IMG/VR virus record: IMGVR_UViG_3300020463_000008 | Coordinates: 67,092 to 131,091 of that record | DNA length: 64,000 bases | Direction: 5' to 3' (one strand) | DNA from: a virus | The notes under the pieces: model-generated | Seen by the model: the letters and a program-made list of their open reading frames with translations, nothing else | Told to the model about the DNA's origin: nothing | Database searches by the model: none | In this document: positions 43,702-54,153 of the stretch, one piece after another | How the letters are laid out: the number at the start of each line of letters is the position of its first letter | Numbering within the stretch: position 1 is the first letter of the stretch | Translations under genes and position numbers: made by a program

Positions 43702-45948
43702 TTAAGCACTTCTATAAGTACCTGATCCAATCAGGTGTGAAGCATCAGTAAAATCAGCATGGGTTGCTGTAGTGTATTCACCATCAGTATCTCTTTTAAA
43801 TAATTTTAAAGACTGGGAACCACCTTCTATTCTACCCATCATACTTGTTACACCAGAAGCCATTCCTTCAAACCAGATAGGAATGATAGCATCTCCTGAA
43901 GCATTAGCCACGATTGGTAATACTATTGCTGCATCTCCTGTAGAAGATCCTTTAGCAGTAATAGTCATTTCCATATTCAGCATAACTATATTTCCAACTT
44001 TAGTAAAGTATGTTGTATTTACAGCTGTCGCTCCAGCATTCATACCAACTTGAGCACCACCAAATCCCATGGAAGTTGCTAATGTACTTTCTCTGTAGTC
44101 ATCTAGAGTTTGTGCGTTAGCTGAAGCATTTTGTGATGGTGGAAATTTAATATTTCCTGAAGTAGCAGCAGACATATCTAACTCTGCACCTAATACTAAT
44201 TGAGCATTAATACTTTGAGAAGTACCTGCGTTAGATGCGACTGGAGTATATCCTAAAGAACTCGCCACAGCATCAGATGCCAGCTTCGTACCTGTAATTG
44301 TGTTATTGGCAATCTTAGTGCCTGTCATTGTTAAATCTCTAAATGCGGAGTCAGTTAATGTACCATCTACAAATGCGTTTCTAGATACAGTGCTGAATCC
44401 TAAATGCAATACTGTCACAGTCACACCAGCTGATAATGGTGTCACTAGTGTTAGTGTCGTACCACTTAAACTATAATGAACTGTATCTGTTTGCACCGAA
44501 CCATTAATGATAACTAATATCGAAGAAACACTTGCTGGTGTTTTCGATAATGTAAATACTGATTGTGAAGCTGTAGATGTAAATTTATCTACAGTAAATG
44601 TTTTTAAATTTGTTGCTAGTGTATCTTCAGTGACAGATCCAGCAGCAGGAATATTTTGGAAACTTGAACCACCTAAGTGATTGATGTATAAATTTTCTCC
44701 AGGTCTTGGAACACCATTAAAGAATAATCCTTGATTTGGTAAAGTTGTGACAGCATCTACAGTAAATGTTGCTTCATCTCCTACAAAGGTAAGATCTAAT
44801 TCTGCTTTTACTCCAAAAGTATATGCAGAACTATTAATAGCAGTAGTACCATTAGCAACTTTTAAAGTCAAAGATGTATCAGATTCTATACTTAAAACAA
44901 TACCAATAGGATTGGTTCCAATAAATAAACTATTCCCTGTTGCCAGTTGACTTGTGAATGTAGTATTAGTACCAGTCACAGTAGCAGAATTTGCTGCAAC
45001 AGCAACAGTACCTGCACCAGCTGTAGGTGCAACACCACCAGTAGTAATAAAGATTGATGGTTTTGATGTATAGCCAGAACCAGCTTCTGTTAATGTCACA
45101 CCTGTGACAGCACCACTTCCATCTACACTTGATATACTTGCTGCAGCTTGTAGACCACCTGAGGTGGCATTTTCAATTGCTATGCTAGTAGTCGTAGAGT
45201 CATAGTTAGCTCCACCAGAATCTACTGCGATAGAAGCCACACCTCCATCAGAATTTAATGTGGCAGTAGCAGTTGCGTTAGCACCACTTGCTGAAGAAGT
45301 AATTGTGACAGCAGGTGCAACTGTATAACCCTTACCAGCTTTGGTGACAGTAATTTCTTGAACAGCACCAGCTGATGAAATAGAAACAGTAGCAGTTGCT
45401 CTTTCGTTTCCTGCAATATTTGGAGCACCAATAAAAATTGTATCAGTGGTAGCATAACCTGAGCCACCACTTTGTAAAATAGAAATACCAGTAATTGTAC
45501 CAGTAGTATATGTTATTACATCGTCATTATGTTTTTCTTGTGTATCAATACCAGCACTTGGGTTTGGAATATTTAATGTAAATCCAGAAGCAGCAGTTGG
45601 TGCAGCTCCACCACTAGTAGCAGCAACAACATCTAATATTCCAGTTGATGCGTCTGTGACTAAGAATGTATTTGCACCTTGTGTGACTAAATCTCCACGA
45701 GCAGGTTGTGAAGCACCTGTCGCTAGTGCCAAACTTGAATAAGTTAATCTATAAACATCTTGTATAGTGTATGCATTTACTGGTTCTTGTATTACATTTC
45801 CAAGAACAACTTGAACATTAGATTCAAATGCTCCAGGAACAAGTTGACTTAATTTATATGCTCTAGTATTACCATCACACTCAAACTCATCTCTAGGACG
45901 AGTAAGTGTAGTGGTTGCATTAATTGTTTGTGAACCAATATATGACAT
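43702..45948 (-). CDS. Tail fibre-like protein (MSYIG N-terminus, 748 aa)
   Basis: GNVIQEP, GSGY modules, LDDYRE and YFTKVGNIV C-terminal domain. Confidence 0.75.
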   Translation of the reverse strand: MSYIGSQTINATTTLTRPRDEFECDGNTRAYKLSQLVPGAFESNVQVVLGNVIQEPVNAYTIQDVYRLTYSSLALATGASQPARGDLVTQGANTFLVTDASTGILDVVAATSGGAAPTAASGFTLNIPNPSAGIDTQEKHNDDVITYTTGTITGISILQSGGSGYATTDTIFIGAPNIAGNERATATVSISSAGAVQEITVTKAGKGYTVAPAVTITSSASGANATATATLNSDGGVASIAVDSGGANYDSTTTSIAIENATSGGLQAAASISSVDGSGAVTGVTLTEAGSGYTSKPSIFITTGGVAPTAGAGTVAVAANSATVTGTNTTFTSQLATGNSLFIGTNPIGIVLSIESDTSLTLKVANGTTAINSSAYTFGVKAELDLTFVGDEATFTVDAVTTLPNQGLFFNGVPRPGENLYINHLGGSSFQNIPAAGSVTEDTLATNLKTFTVDKFTSTASQSVFTLSKTPASVSSILVIINGSVQTDTVHYSLSGTTLTLVTPLSAGVTVTVLHLGFSTVSRNAFVDGTLTDSAFRDLTMTGTKIANNTITGTKLASDAVASSLGYTPVASNAGTSQSINAQLVLGAELDMSAATSGNIKFPPSQNASANAQTLDDYRESTLATSMGFGGAQVGMNAGATAVNTTYFTKVGNIVMLNMEMTITAKGSSTGDAAIVLPIVANASGDAIIPIWFEGMASGVTSMMGRIEGGSQSLKLFKRDTDGEYTTATHADFTDASHLIGSGTYRSA

Positions 45949-45961
45949 AGTTTATTTCCTA

Positions 45962-46285
45962 TTATACATCTTCAAGTACTGAAGCAATTACATCTATTGA
46001 TGCTGCTGCATTACTCTTAGCTTTTAAAACTTCGTTTGCTTCTAAAATTATTTTCTGGTTAGAAATTACCTGTAGAGTACCACCAGTTGGGACAGGTGCG
46101 TTCTTTACAATGTAATATTCTTGTCCGCCAGAATCTATAAAGACATCAGTAGTTATTGTAGCAGATGTAGTGTTGCACACATCGCATTCTATTACGATGC
46201 TTTGCTTTAAGCTGGGAGTCGTATATATAGTGACAGCAGAAGTCCCAACATCTTTTGCTAATCCATTTTTAAAATCATTTGCCAT
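45962..46285 (-). CDS. Small virion adaptor protein (MANxFK family)
   Basis: MANDFK...IYT...VCN...KIILE...SVLE pattern. Confidence 0.75.
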   Translation of the reverse strand: MANDFKNGLAKDVGTSAVTIYTTPSLKQSIVIECDVCNTTSATITTDVFIDSGGQEYYIVKNAPVPTGGTLQVISNQKIILEANEVLKAKSNAAASIDVIASVLEDV

Positions 46286-46307
46286 GAGTTTTCCCTTTTC
46301 TTAAAGA

Positions 46308-46517
46308 CTAACCAAGTGCAATACTAATTGCTATTGAATAATCTCTTGCGTTATTTACTGAAGAAACTAAATCAGCTTCCCCATTTTGTAATAGTGCTAA
46401 GTCACCAATCTTATTTTCTTGATTGTTGCCCTTAGTAATATTCAAATTTGTTTTGACTCGCCACTGGTCGAAAGTTTCGCTTTGACTTACTACCACGACT
46501 GCAGCTTCTAATGCCAT
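46308..46517 (-). CDS. Small virion protein
   Basis: TFDQWRVKTN motif; C-terminal SIAISIALG. Confidence 0.75.
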   Translation of the reverse strand: MALEAAVVVVSQSETFDQWRVKTNLNITKGNNQENKIGDLALLQNGEADLVSSVNNARDYSIAISIALG

Positions 46518-46750
46518 TATTTATCTCCTGTTAGTTTAATTAACATTTTTTTAATATCTGATATATCATCTTTTAAAGTATTTATTTCATTTTTCATAGC
46601 TTCTTTTTCAGCAAGTTCTGCTATTTTACTTTTTTGATGTTCTTTATATCTATTGTAAGCAGTAGTATTCGTATTAATTATTGCTTTACTATGCTCATCC
46701 TTTTTTAAATCTGGTTCGCCTTCAATTTTTGTTCCTACAAACATACTCAC
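46517..46750 (-). CDS. Small coiled-coil protein following VrlC
   Basis: KIEG..DL.KD..SKAIINT, EINTLKDDISDIK. Confidence 0.8.
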   Translation of the reverse strand: MSMFVGTKIEGEPDLKKDEHSKAIINTNTTAYNRYKEHQKSKIAELAEKEAMKNEINTLKDDISDIKKMLIKLTGDK

Positions 46751-46752
46751 CT

Positions 46753-49700
46753 CTAACTATGTGCGATTAATCTAAATGCCTGAACTTTCGGAACATAAGT
46801 TGTATCTGTAGATTTCATTACAATTTTAACAACCACTTTCGTAAAGTCAGGAATATCGTTTACTATAATATTTCTTTCTCTAAAATTCTCACCTGAATCT
46901 TTTGATGCTACATTAAATCCACTATCTATCCAATTAAGTGTATCTGGATTAGTATCTCCAGAGAATGCTTTATAGTAAACATCTATATCAGTGGACTTAG
47001 GAATATAAGCATCAAAGGTAATATTTAATGCATCAGCTGGATTAGCAAGCTCTAGTGTTCTAGTTATATAGTTTGCTAAATTAGTAGCACCAACTGGAGC
47101 AGTATCAGAAACAAACTCTTCCATAGTAGAGAAGTTCCAAGTAGAAGCAGAAATATCTTTTCTTATTACAATATTTTTTGCAGTAAGTGCAGTTGTTGCA
47201 TTAGCAGCCAATGCTATGTTTGTACCATTTACTGATGCGACTGTACCAAGAATAGTTTTATTAAATACTTGTACACCACCAACAGTAGCAAGCGAACCTG
47301 GACCATCAGCATCTTCTACAACTAGTATATCACCAGCTACAAGTTTTCCATCAACAGAACCAGATGCTGTCACATTAATTGAACTTGTTGCTGCTGTCAC
47401 AGTAAATCCTGCAACTTGCTCAGTAAAGTTTTGAGCAACATCAAGTTTAATATCATTCGCTTCACTGAAGCTGAAGTTTGAAGTTTTATTAATTGTGACT
47501 TTATCTAATTCTTCGTTTCCACCGAATGGTAGCGTGTCAGCAGTAGTGCTAACTGATTCTACATCAATAGCACCATTTAATTCTGAGTGAATATTTGTTA
47601 AGTATAATTGACTTCCAGCAATAACATTGTCAAGTAGATTATCAATCGCATCTATATTTGACTCAACACCTTTTGCTCCATGTTTGAATGTAATAACTGG
47701 ATCAGAAGTAATTTGGAAAGTAGAAGCAGTAGAAACTTGAGCAGTGTTAGCACAAAGTGTTATGCTCGTATTACTACTGATTGTTTTTACTCTACCTAAT
47801 GCACCAGCACTAGTTGTTAATGTATCGCCAACTGAAACTTGTGTTGTGAATGAAGTACCTGAACCAGTCACAGTAGGACTAGCAGAAGTTGTAGATACAG
47901 TTCCTGTTCCTGAACTTGTAGATAATGCTAATCCAATATCACCAGTATTAATTAATTTTTTCTGGTCAATAGATGGAACATTTATAGCAGTACTTGAACT
48001 GTCAACTAAATTAGAAATTGCATATCCCCCAAGTTTTTGTAAGTCAAGAATTGGTGAAACATTTTTATTACTTGTACTCATCGTAGCATTAAATGTTAAT
48101 GTCGGAGTTTTAATTAGTGGAGTTGATGATACAGTAGTTTGGTTCTCAAAACTTTTAACAACTTTTCTATTTTCAAAATTATAAGTTGCGTTTGGAACAA
48201 TAGGTTTATCTCCACTTGCAGTTCCTGCTAGACTTGTAGAATTTACAGTGTACGCAAGTTTACAATCATCGAAATCTAAATCTTCTGTTTTAAGATATAA
48301 AGCATCAGCAGTAAGTTGTCTAGATGCCATTACAACTGAACCACCATATCTACCAGTAATAAAGTCAGCAGTTGTTCCATCTAGTATATCATTATTTTGT
48401 GCGTCAACTGTTTCTAAGTCAATTACATAAGAATCTTTTTGTAGTCCATTTGTTTGTATAGTGTGAGCACCATTTAATAAATCTTGACTCGCACCTAGAG
48501 TAGTAGAGTTTGCTCCATATAATCCATTGGCAACTCCAGATATCATTACTATATCGTTTGCTGAGAAACCATGGTTTCTTTGATGTACTCTAACTAATTC
48601 TGAACCATTAGTAAATTGGAAAGGATCTTTATTAAGTAGTTTTGTTTCAGCAGGGTTTGCTTTTAATTGAACTACTCCATTTGTATCAGCAGTAAACGAT
48701 GCTTGGTTTAAATTAAATTTAAGATCTAGTAAAGGATTTATTTCAAACTCTCTAGAGTTTTGTGATAAGTAAAGCGAACCAGTTAGTGGCTGAATGCCTA
48801 CAATGTTTTCAGTAAGTAAATCAGTTCCACCTAATTCAGAAATATATGCTTCGCATCCTGGCTCATCAACTTTACATACTAGAGCATAACTTTCATTTTC
48901 TTGTAAATAAATTGGTGCTTTAAATTTAAAGTTGGTTGCCACAGATCCATTTGTACTAGTAGTTATATCTGCAGGTTGTAATATTACTTGAGAGAATGGA
49001 AGTATCTTAGTAGAAGGCACTTCATTATCAGTAGTTCTAATTTCTACATAGATTGGTCTTTCACCTGCTTGCTTAAAGTATAAGTCAACAGATGTAACAA
49101 ATGCACCACCATCAGATTGAACAACGAAAGTTTGAGCGAGAGGATCATGACCTTGACCACCTCCATTGCCACTACCTCCGCCACCTCCTCCTCCTCCGCC
49201 AGCAACACGGATTCGGTTAGAAGAAATTAATCTGTTTGAAACAGAAGATCTTCTAATAGGTTGAGATTGGAATAGTCTATCTTCAACGAAACTTAAATTT
49301 CTTGAAGAGACAACAGTTCTTTCTTTTGCTAACTGCATACCATTAGCAGTAAATAATGCTGAACCAAACGAATCAAAGTCTGCATCAGTATTAGAAATAT
49401 TATCAGAAAGTTTTATACTTCTTTCACCAGTTCTATATCTACCAGCAGGAATATAAAGAACAGCATTCAATGCTCCCTCTTTATCTGATACTATACTTCC
49501 ACCAGTAGCTTTCATTGTAGGAGCAGTAGTGCTTACTGTACTTCCATTAATAGATGTTAGTGTAAGAGTATTCTTAGCACCTAATCCAATGTCAGCAGTA
49601 CCTGTGACTTGTTCAGAAACAGCGAAACCATTTTTAACATTTGTGACATGTACATCTCGTACAGTAGCAGAATCTTTTACACCAGCATAAGATATAATTG

Positions 49701-52700
49701 CTGAAGCAGTTAGTCTTTGTAATTTACCACCATCAGTTCCAGTATAAGCAGAAGTTCTTGCATAAGAATCGAATGCTGAAACATTTGTACCATCTAGATT
49801 TGCTAGAGTAATAGTAGTTCCTGACACTGCAGTAATTTTAAAGTATTTTCTATTTAATTGTTTTGAGTGATTGCTTCCAAGAGTAGTAATAGTTGAAGAT
49901 ATATTTTGTTCTATATCTCTATTGTTAGTTGCGTTAGTTCCTCTTGTAGCATTTAAGTTATATAAGAAAACATGATGTCCTGGATTTAAACCAGTAGCAT
50001 CTTGAACTGTTAAGTTAAAACTTGGTGCACCATCAGCAGAAGTAATATGAGTAATCGTATCAATTCTTGCTGCAGTGTGAGTAGCATTTTTAATTACATC
50101 ACCAAAGTTAAATGCGTTTACAATTTTACCATCGTAAGCTCTAGCAGGATCGTCTGCTAATAATCCAGTTGATAATTTTTCTGGTTCAAGGATAGGTGTA
50201 GTTGTACTAGCAACCTGTGTGACTTTAAATATGTCAGATGGTTTTACATAATTGGTATCAACTCTTTCACCATCAATGAATACAAAATATTGAGAATTAG
50301 GTTTAGAGTTTCTAGCATCAATATTAATTACCTCATCTTTAATGTAAGGTATGTATGACATGTCAACAACTTTGTCACCATAGTTTTGTGAGTTAGTTGT
50401 TGTAGATATAGTAGTTCTTGTACCACCTCTTGTTCTGTTTCCTGTTTCAGTAGTAGTCACAGATTGGAAAGTATTGGTAGTTTGGAACTGACCAGATCTA
50501 GTGGTACTAGAGAATGCTCCTCCAGCTTGACTTGAAGAACCAGTCCAGTTATCTGCCCACTCATTCCAGTTAGTACCAGTGACTCCAGTTTGTTCAGCTA
50601 AGAATCTAATAGCATCTGAGTTATTATCATCTTGCACTGTAAGGTCTGGTCGTCTATCTACATCTTTCCAGATACTTGACTCTGGGAATAAGTTTACTTC
50701 AACTTTATAAGCACCGATCTTATATGGGTTTACATCAAGAGCTCTAGTAGCATTTGGATTGCTTACCATACTTGTCTCAGTATATGGAAGTGTTATTAGA
50801 TCTCCAGTTTTAGTATATCCTCTTGTTGCTCTTTGAGTAGTGTTTGAAATATTTTCTATAACTGTTAATACATCTGTAAAGTGAGCTGGTCTTAGTGTTC
50901 TGTTTTTCTTATCTATAGAAACATTATAATCTTCTGACTTAACATTACCTACACCATGACCAGTAAAGTCATCAACTACAAATCCATTTTTAAATCTATC
51001 TAATCCAGTAGCAGCATCTTTTATTGCTGTTGATTTTGTATCTTTTTCTAGTAGTGATAATGAAGTATAATATTCTAGATTTTTAATTCTACTTTCAAGA
51101 GCACCAATATCTCTCATAGTATATCTTCTATTATCTCTTTGATAAACTTTTACATCTCCAACTTTTTTAGTGTATGGTGGAATTTTCATAGTAGCAAGTA
51201 CCAATCCTTGTTTAGGATCTTCTGGTTCTTGCGGAGTTTCAGCAGGTTGTCCTGCTACTATTTGAATAGTGCCTTTACTTGATATTGAAACTTTATCCCA
51301 TCTACCAACATAGAATGCAACTGGTGTTGTTAAGTCTGTACCAATCTTAGGTATCTCAGGAGAAAATGTATTAGAGCCTGAAATAACTGGACGATAATCT
51401 ACAGTATCATGTAAATCAATAGTTGTAGTATTTCCTGATTCGTCTTGGTATTCGAAACTTGGAATATCTGCATAGTCAATTGCTGAGTAAGAATCAACTG
51501 AGAAGAAGTTTCCTGAACCAGTATAAGCAAAATATCTATAAGTGACTTTTATTGCTCCAGTAGGAACTGGTGCACCAGACTTTAATCTTAGTCTTGCTTT
51601 TTGATAGTGAGTTAATCTTTGTCCTGAATCTAATTCGTAGTTTGCTGTAATATCTACAGCTGTCACATCAGAGTGAGCAGTAAAGTTTCCTGGAACCATA
51701 GTCACTGATGTAATATCAATACCATCAGCATAAGATAATTCTATTTCAGGTTTTACAACATTTGTTTTTCCAGTAAATACTTCAGCAGATGTAGATCGTA
51801 CTTTTGTTTTTTCAGTTGCTGCAGCATTTACTTGAAGAACTGAAGTGTATAATGTACAGGATGTACCATTTGTTCCTGCAGCAATCGTCACTTCTTTTCT
51901 ATTAGCATCATCATCGAAAGTAATATCAGCAGCAGATATATTAATTACTGCTCCAGTATCATTTCTGATTAATGTATAGTTAGATAATTCTGTATCAGAT
52001 AAGAAAGTTTCATTAACATTACTTAATGTCATAACGAAATCTCCACTACCTGTGGTTGTATTAGTATTCACTCGTCTTACAGTATGAATAGTTTGTTCTA
52101 ATGTATCAGTAGCATTACTTGAGTCAAAACCTTTTAATGATTTTGTAAATTGGAATCCTGTTGGGTATAGTAGTGAATTATATTGTGGCTCTTTTAATTG
52201 AGCACGACCTAGAGATATTGATACTCCAGTTAATCCAGTATTATCTGAGTTAGATGGTCTTTGTACTGTAGCAGATATTTGACTTGCAATAGCTGTCACG
52301 AAACCAACAGTTTGTCCAGAGTGTACTATTGCGTCTCCAACTTTTAATTCGTTTTGAAATAATGTACCAACACCAGTCATAGTAGCAGCAGTTCCACCAC
52401 TTTGTGCTGGTAGTGATATAGATCCTGATAAATTAATTGGATCGCTATCTGCACTAGGATCTACTTCTGCGTAGAAATCTGCAGTACCTGTTATTGCTCC
52501 ATTACTTGAACTAGCAATCCAAGTGACATCACGAGCGAACGATTTTCCTTCGTTCATTGAAACATTAAATAAACTTGTTTTAAATGTTGGTGAAGAATAT
52601 GAACCATTATGTAATTGGAAACTTCTAATGAAAGCAGTACCAACTAATCCTGAATAAGATGAGAGTGCACTTGTTGGTGCACTATAAGCTGATACACCTG

Positions 52701-54096
52701 AACTTAACCATGCAGCTCCACTAGTATCAAATAAAAATACTTTTTCAAAACTATTTACAGCTGGTGCTTTACTAATATTTCTAGCAATAAAGTAATTACC
52801 TATTGAAGTTCCTACAGGCTGACTTGCTTCTCTTATAACTGAATTGTTTTCGCTTGTAGTTCCACCAACAGTAGTTGGTCTAGATTTATCAACAGCATAA
52901 TAAGTTGTTTGAGTTGCCTCAACTTCGAATCCTTCAACATATGCTTTTCCAGGATCTACTACAACAGCAAACTTATCTGTATCGCCATAAGTAGCAGTAG
53001 CATCATAAGATGATGATGTAGTTCCAGGAGATGCTTGATAAACACCTACCCCAGATCCATCATCTAAATGTTCTTTGATTGATAATTTGAATTTGTTTGT
53101 TTCGTAAGAACCTGACTCATCAAAAGTTCTTCGTGCTAAAGTTTTTTCTAACTCAGCATAACTTGCTCTTTCAACTTTTTGTTGAGTGATACCATCTTTA
53201 ACTCTAATCAACTCAACAAATTTAATTGAGTCAGTACCAGTTAGTGGAAGTCTTTTTAATCCTAATGATATTTTATATCTATGAGCTCCAGGTGCAGCAA
53301 AGTTATTTGTGCCTTGGGCATTATCGTTAAGAGTAGTATCTTCCTCTGGAGTCACTACATCTTCTGTGACTTCAAATCCTACTCTATTAGATGGGGTTGT
53401 ATCAAATCTTGATATGTATAAATGGATCTCAGCATTTTGTACAAAGAATCCATCTATGTAATAAATTCCTTCTCGTACTTCTACTCTATATGATTTACCA
53501 AGTACATCAGTTGATGCGTTCTCTGTATAAGTTGTACCAACATTACCATTGTCACCAAACGATTTGATTGTGACTTTAATGTCAGTTGCTTGGTTAGCAG
53601 TAAGTCTGAAGTTTGTAGTTGTACTATTATCAACAGCAGTTGCAACGATCTCTTCACCAGCAACAAACTTTTTAGTTGTTCCTGATGTACCTGAGTCCAT
53701 CATAGTAAAGTGTAGCGATGGTATCGTACTATCGCCAGCTACCATACAAGAACATTCTGAAGTATCTTCTACTAGAGCTTTCGCTCCAGAAGTTTGACCA
53801 GTAATTATTTTATCTTTAAATTGAGTTAGATAGGTTGTGACAGCATCTCCATCTTGTAAGTCATTCAACTTCATGAAGTTTACTTCACTGTTCACATTTA
53901 CAGATCCAGGAATAACCATACTTCCATTTTCGAAAATATGGTTTCCAAATCTTGAGACCTGTCGTTGTAAGATTGTTTGAAGAGTAGTTAGCTCTCTTGC
54001 TTGTACTGAATATCCAGGACGAAATAGTACACGCAAGAAATCTTTACTAGTATCATAATCATCGTAGTATGGACTTACATTGAAATTTATTGTCAT
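46753..54096 (-). CDS. VrlC/DUF4815-like large baseplate protein (2447 aa)
   Basis: NVSPYYDDY, FRPGYSVQARELT, APGAHR, LARRTFDESG, RRYTMRDIG, DPLAQTF. Confidence 0.9.
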   Translation of the reverse strand: MTINFNVSPYYDDYDTSKDFLRVLFRPGYSVQARELTTLQTILQRQVSRFGNHIFENGSMVIPGSVNVNSEVNFMKLNDLQDGDAVTTYLTQFKDKIITGQTSGAKALVEDTSECSCMVAGDSTIPSLHFTMMDSGTSGTTKKFVAGEEIVATAVDNSTTTNFRLTANQATDIKVTIKSFGDNGNVGTTYTENASTDVLGKSYRVEVREGIYYIDGFFVQNAEIHLYISRFDTTPSNRVGFEVTEDVVTPEEDTTLNDNAQGTNNFAAPGAHRYKISLGLKRLPLTGTDSIKFVELIRVKDGITQQKVERASYAELEKTLARRTFDESGSYETNKFKLSIKEHLDDGSGVGVYQASPGTTSSSYDATATYGDTDKFAVVVDPGKAYVEGFEVEATQTTYYAVDKSRPTTVGGTTSENNSVIREASQPVGTSIGNYFIARNISKAPAVNSFEKVFLFDTSGAAWLSSGVSAYSAPTSALSSYSGLVGTAFIRSFQLHNGSYSSPTFKTSLFNVSMNEGKSFARDVTWIASSSNGAITGTADFYAEVDPSADSDPINLSGSISLPAQSGGTAATMTGVGTLFQNELKVGDAIVHSGQTVGFVTAIASQISATVQRPSNSDNTGLTGVSISLGRAQLKEPQYNSLLYPTGFQFTKSLKGFDSSNATDTLEQTIHTVRRVNTNTTTGSGDFVMTLSNVNETFLSDTELSNYTLIRNDTGAVINISAADITFDDDANRKEVTIAAGTNGTSCTLYTSVLQVNAAATEKTKVRSTSAEVFTGKTNVVKPEIELSYADGIDITSVTMVPGNFTAHSDVTAVDITANYELDSGQRLTHYQKARLRLKSGAPVPTGAIKVTYRYFAYTGSGNFFSVDSYSAIDYADIPSFEYQDESGNTTTIDLHDTVDYRPVISGSNTFSPEIPKIGTDLTTPVAFYVGRWDKVSISSKGTIQIVAGQPAETPQEPEDPKQGLVLATMKIPPYTKKVGDVKVYQRDNRRYTMRDIGALESRIKNLEYYTSLSLLEKDTKSTAIKDAATGLDRFKNGFVVDDFTGHGVGNVKSEDYNVSIDKKNRTLRPAHFTDVLTVIENISNTTQRATRGYTKTGDLITLPYTETSMVSNPNATRALDVNPYKIGAYKVEVNLFPESSIWKDVDRRPDLTVQDDNNSDAIRFLAEQTGVTGTNWNEWADNWTGSSSQAGGAFSSTTRSGQFQTTNTFQSVTTTETGNRTRGGTRTTISTTTNSQNYGDKVVDMSYIPYIKDEVINIDARNSKPNSQYFVFIDGERVDTNYVKPSDIFKVTQVASTTTPILEPEKLSTGLLADDPARAYDGKIVNAFNFGDVIKNATHTAARIDTITHITSADGAPSFNLTVQDATGLNPGHHVFLYNLNATRGTNATNNRDIEQNISSTITTLGSNHSKQLNRKYFKITAVSGTTITLANLDGTNVSAFDSYARTSAYTGTDGGKLQRLTASAIISYAGVKDSATVRDVHVTNVKNGFAVSEQVTGTADIGLGAKNTLTLTSINGSTVSTTAPTMKATGGSIVSDKEGALNAVLYIPAGRYRTGERSIKLSDNISNTDADFDSFGSALFTANGMQLAKERTVVSSRNLSFVEDRLFQSQPIRRSSVSNRLISSNRIRVAGGGGGGGGGSGNGGGQGHDPLAQTFVVQSDGGAFVTSVDLYFKQAGERPIYVEIRTTDNEVPSTKILPFSQVILQPADITTSTNGSVATNFKFKAPIYLQENESYALVCKVDEPGCEAYISELGGTDLLTENIVGIQPLTGSLYLSQNSREFEINPLLDLKFNLNQASFTADTNGVVQLKANPAETKLLNKDPFQFTNGSELVRVHQRNHGFSANDIVMISGVANGLYGANSTTLGASQDLLNGAHTIQTNGLQKDSYVIDLETVDAQNNDILDGTTADFITGRYGGSVVMASRQLTADALYLKTEDLDFDDCKLAYTVNSTSLAGTASGDKPIVPNATYNFENRKVVKSFENQTTVSSTPLIKTPTLTFNATMSTSNKNVSPILDLQKLGGYAISNLVDSSSTAINVPSIDQKKLINTGDIGLALSTSSGTGTVSTTSASPTVTGSGTSFTTQVSVGDTLTTSAGALGRVKTISSNTSITLCANTAQVSTASTFQITSDPVITFKHGAKGVESNIDAIDNLLDNVIAGSQLYLTNIHSELNGAIDVESVSTTADTLPFGGNEELDKVTINKTSNFSFSEANDIKLDVAQNFTEQVAGFTVTAATSSINVTASGSVDGKLVAGDILVVEDADGPGSLATVGGVQVFNKTILGTVASVNGTNIALAANATTALTAKNIVIRKDISASTWNFSTMEEFVSDTAPVGATNLANYITRTLELANPADALNITFDAYIPKSTDIDVYYKAFSGDTNPDTLNWIDSGFNVASKDSGENFRERNIIVNDIPDFTKVVVKIVMKSTDTTYVPKVQAFRLIAHS

Positions 54097-54153
54097 CTAT
54101 CTTTTCTCTTTTTAGTTAGTGATTGAAGTTGTAGTCATATAGACTACTTATAA

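Noticed and set aside
49140-49205. GC-rich (CCT/CCG)n tract
   Set aside because: Encodes a glycine linker before DPLAQTF in the VrlC-like protein; no intein or separate element
7384-53666. Nested same-strand alternative-frame ORFs (7384, 8878, 10823, 26331, 37120, 41671, 45255, 53481)
   Set aside because: Off-frame by-products of codon bias inside long genes
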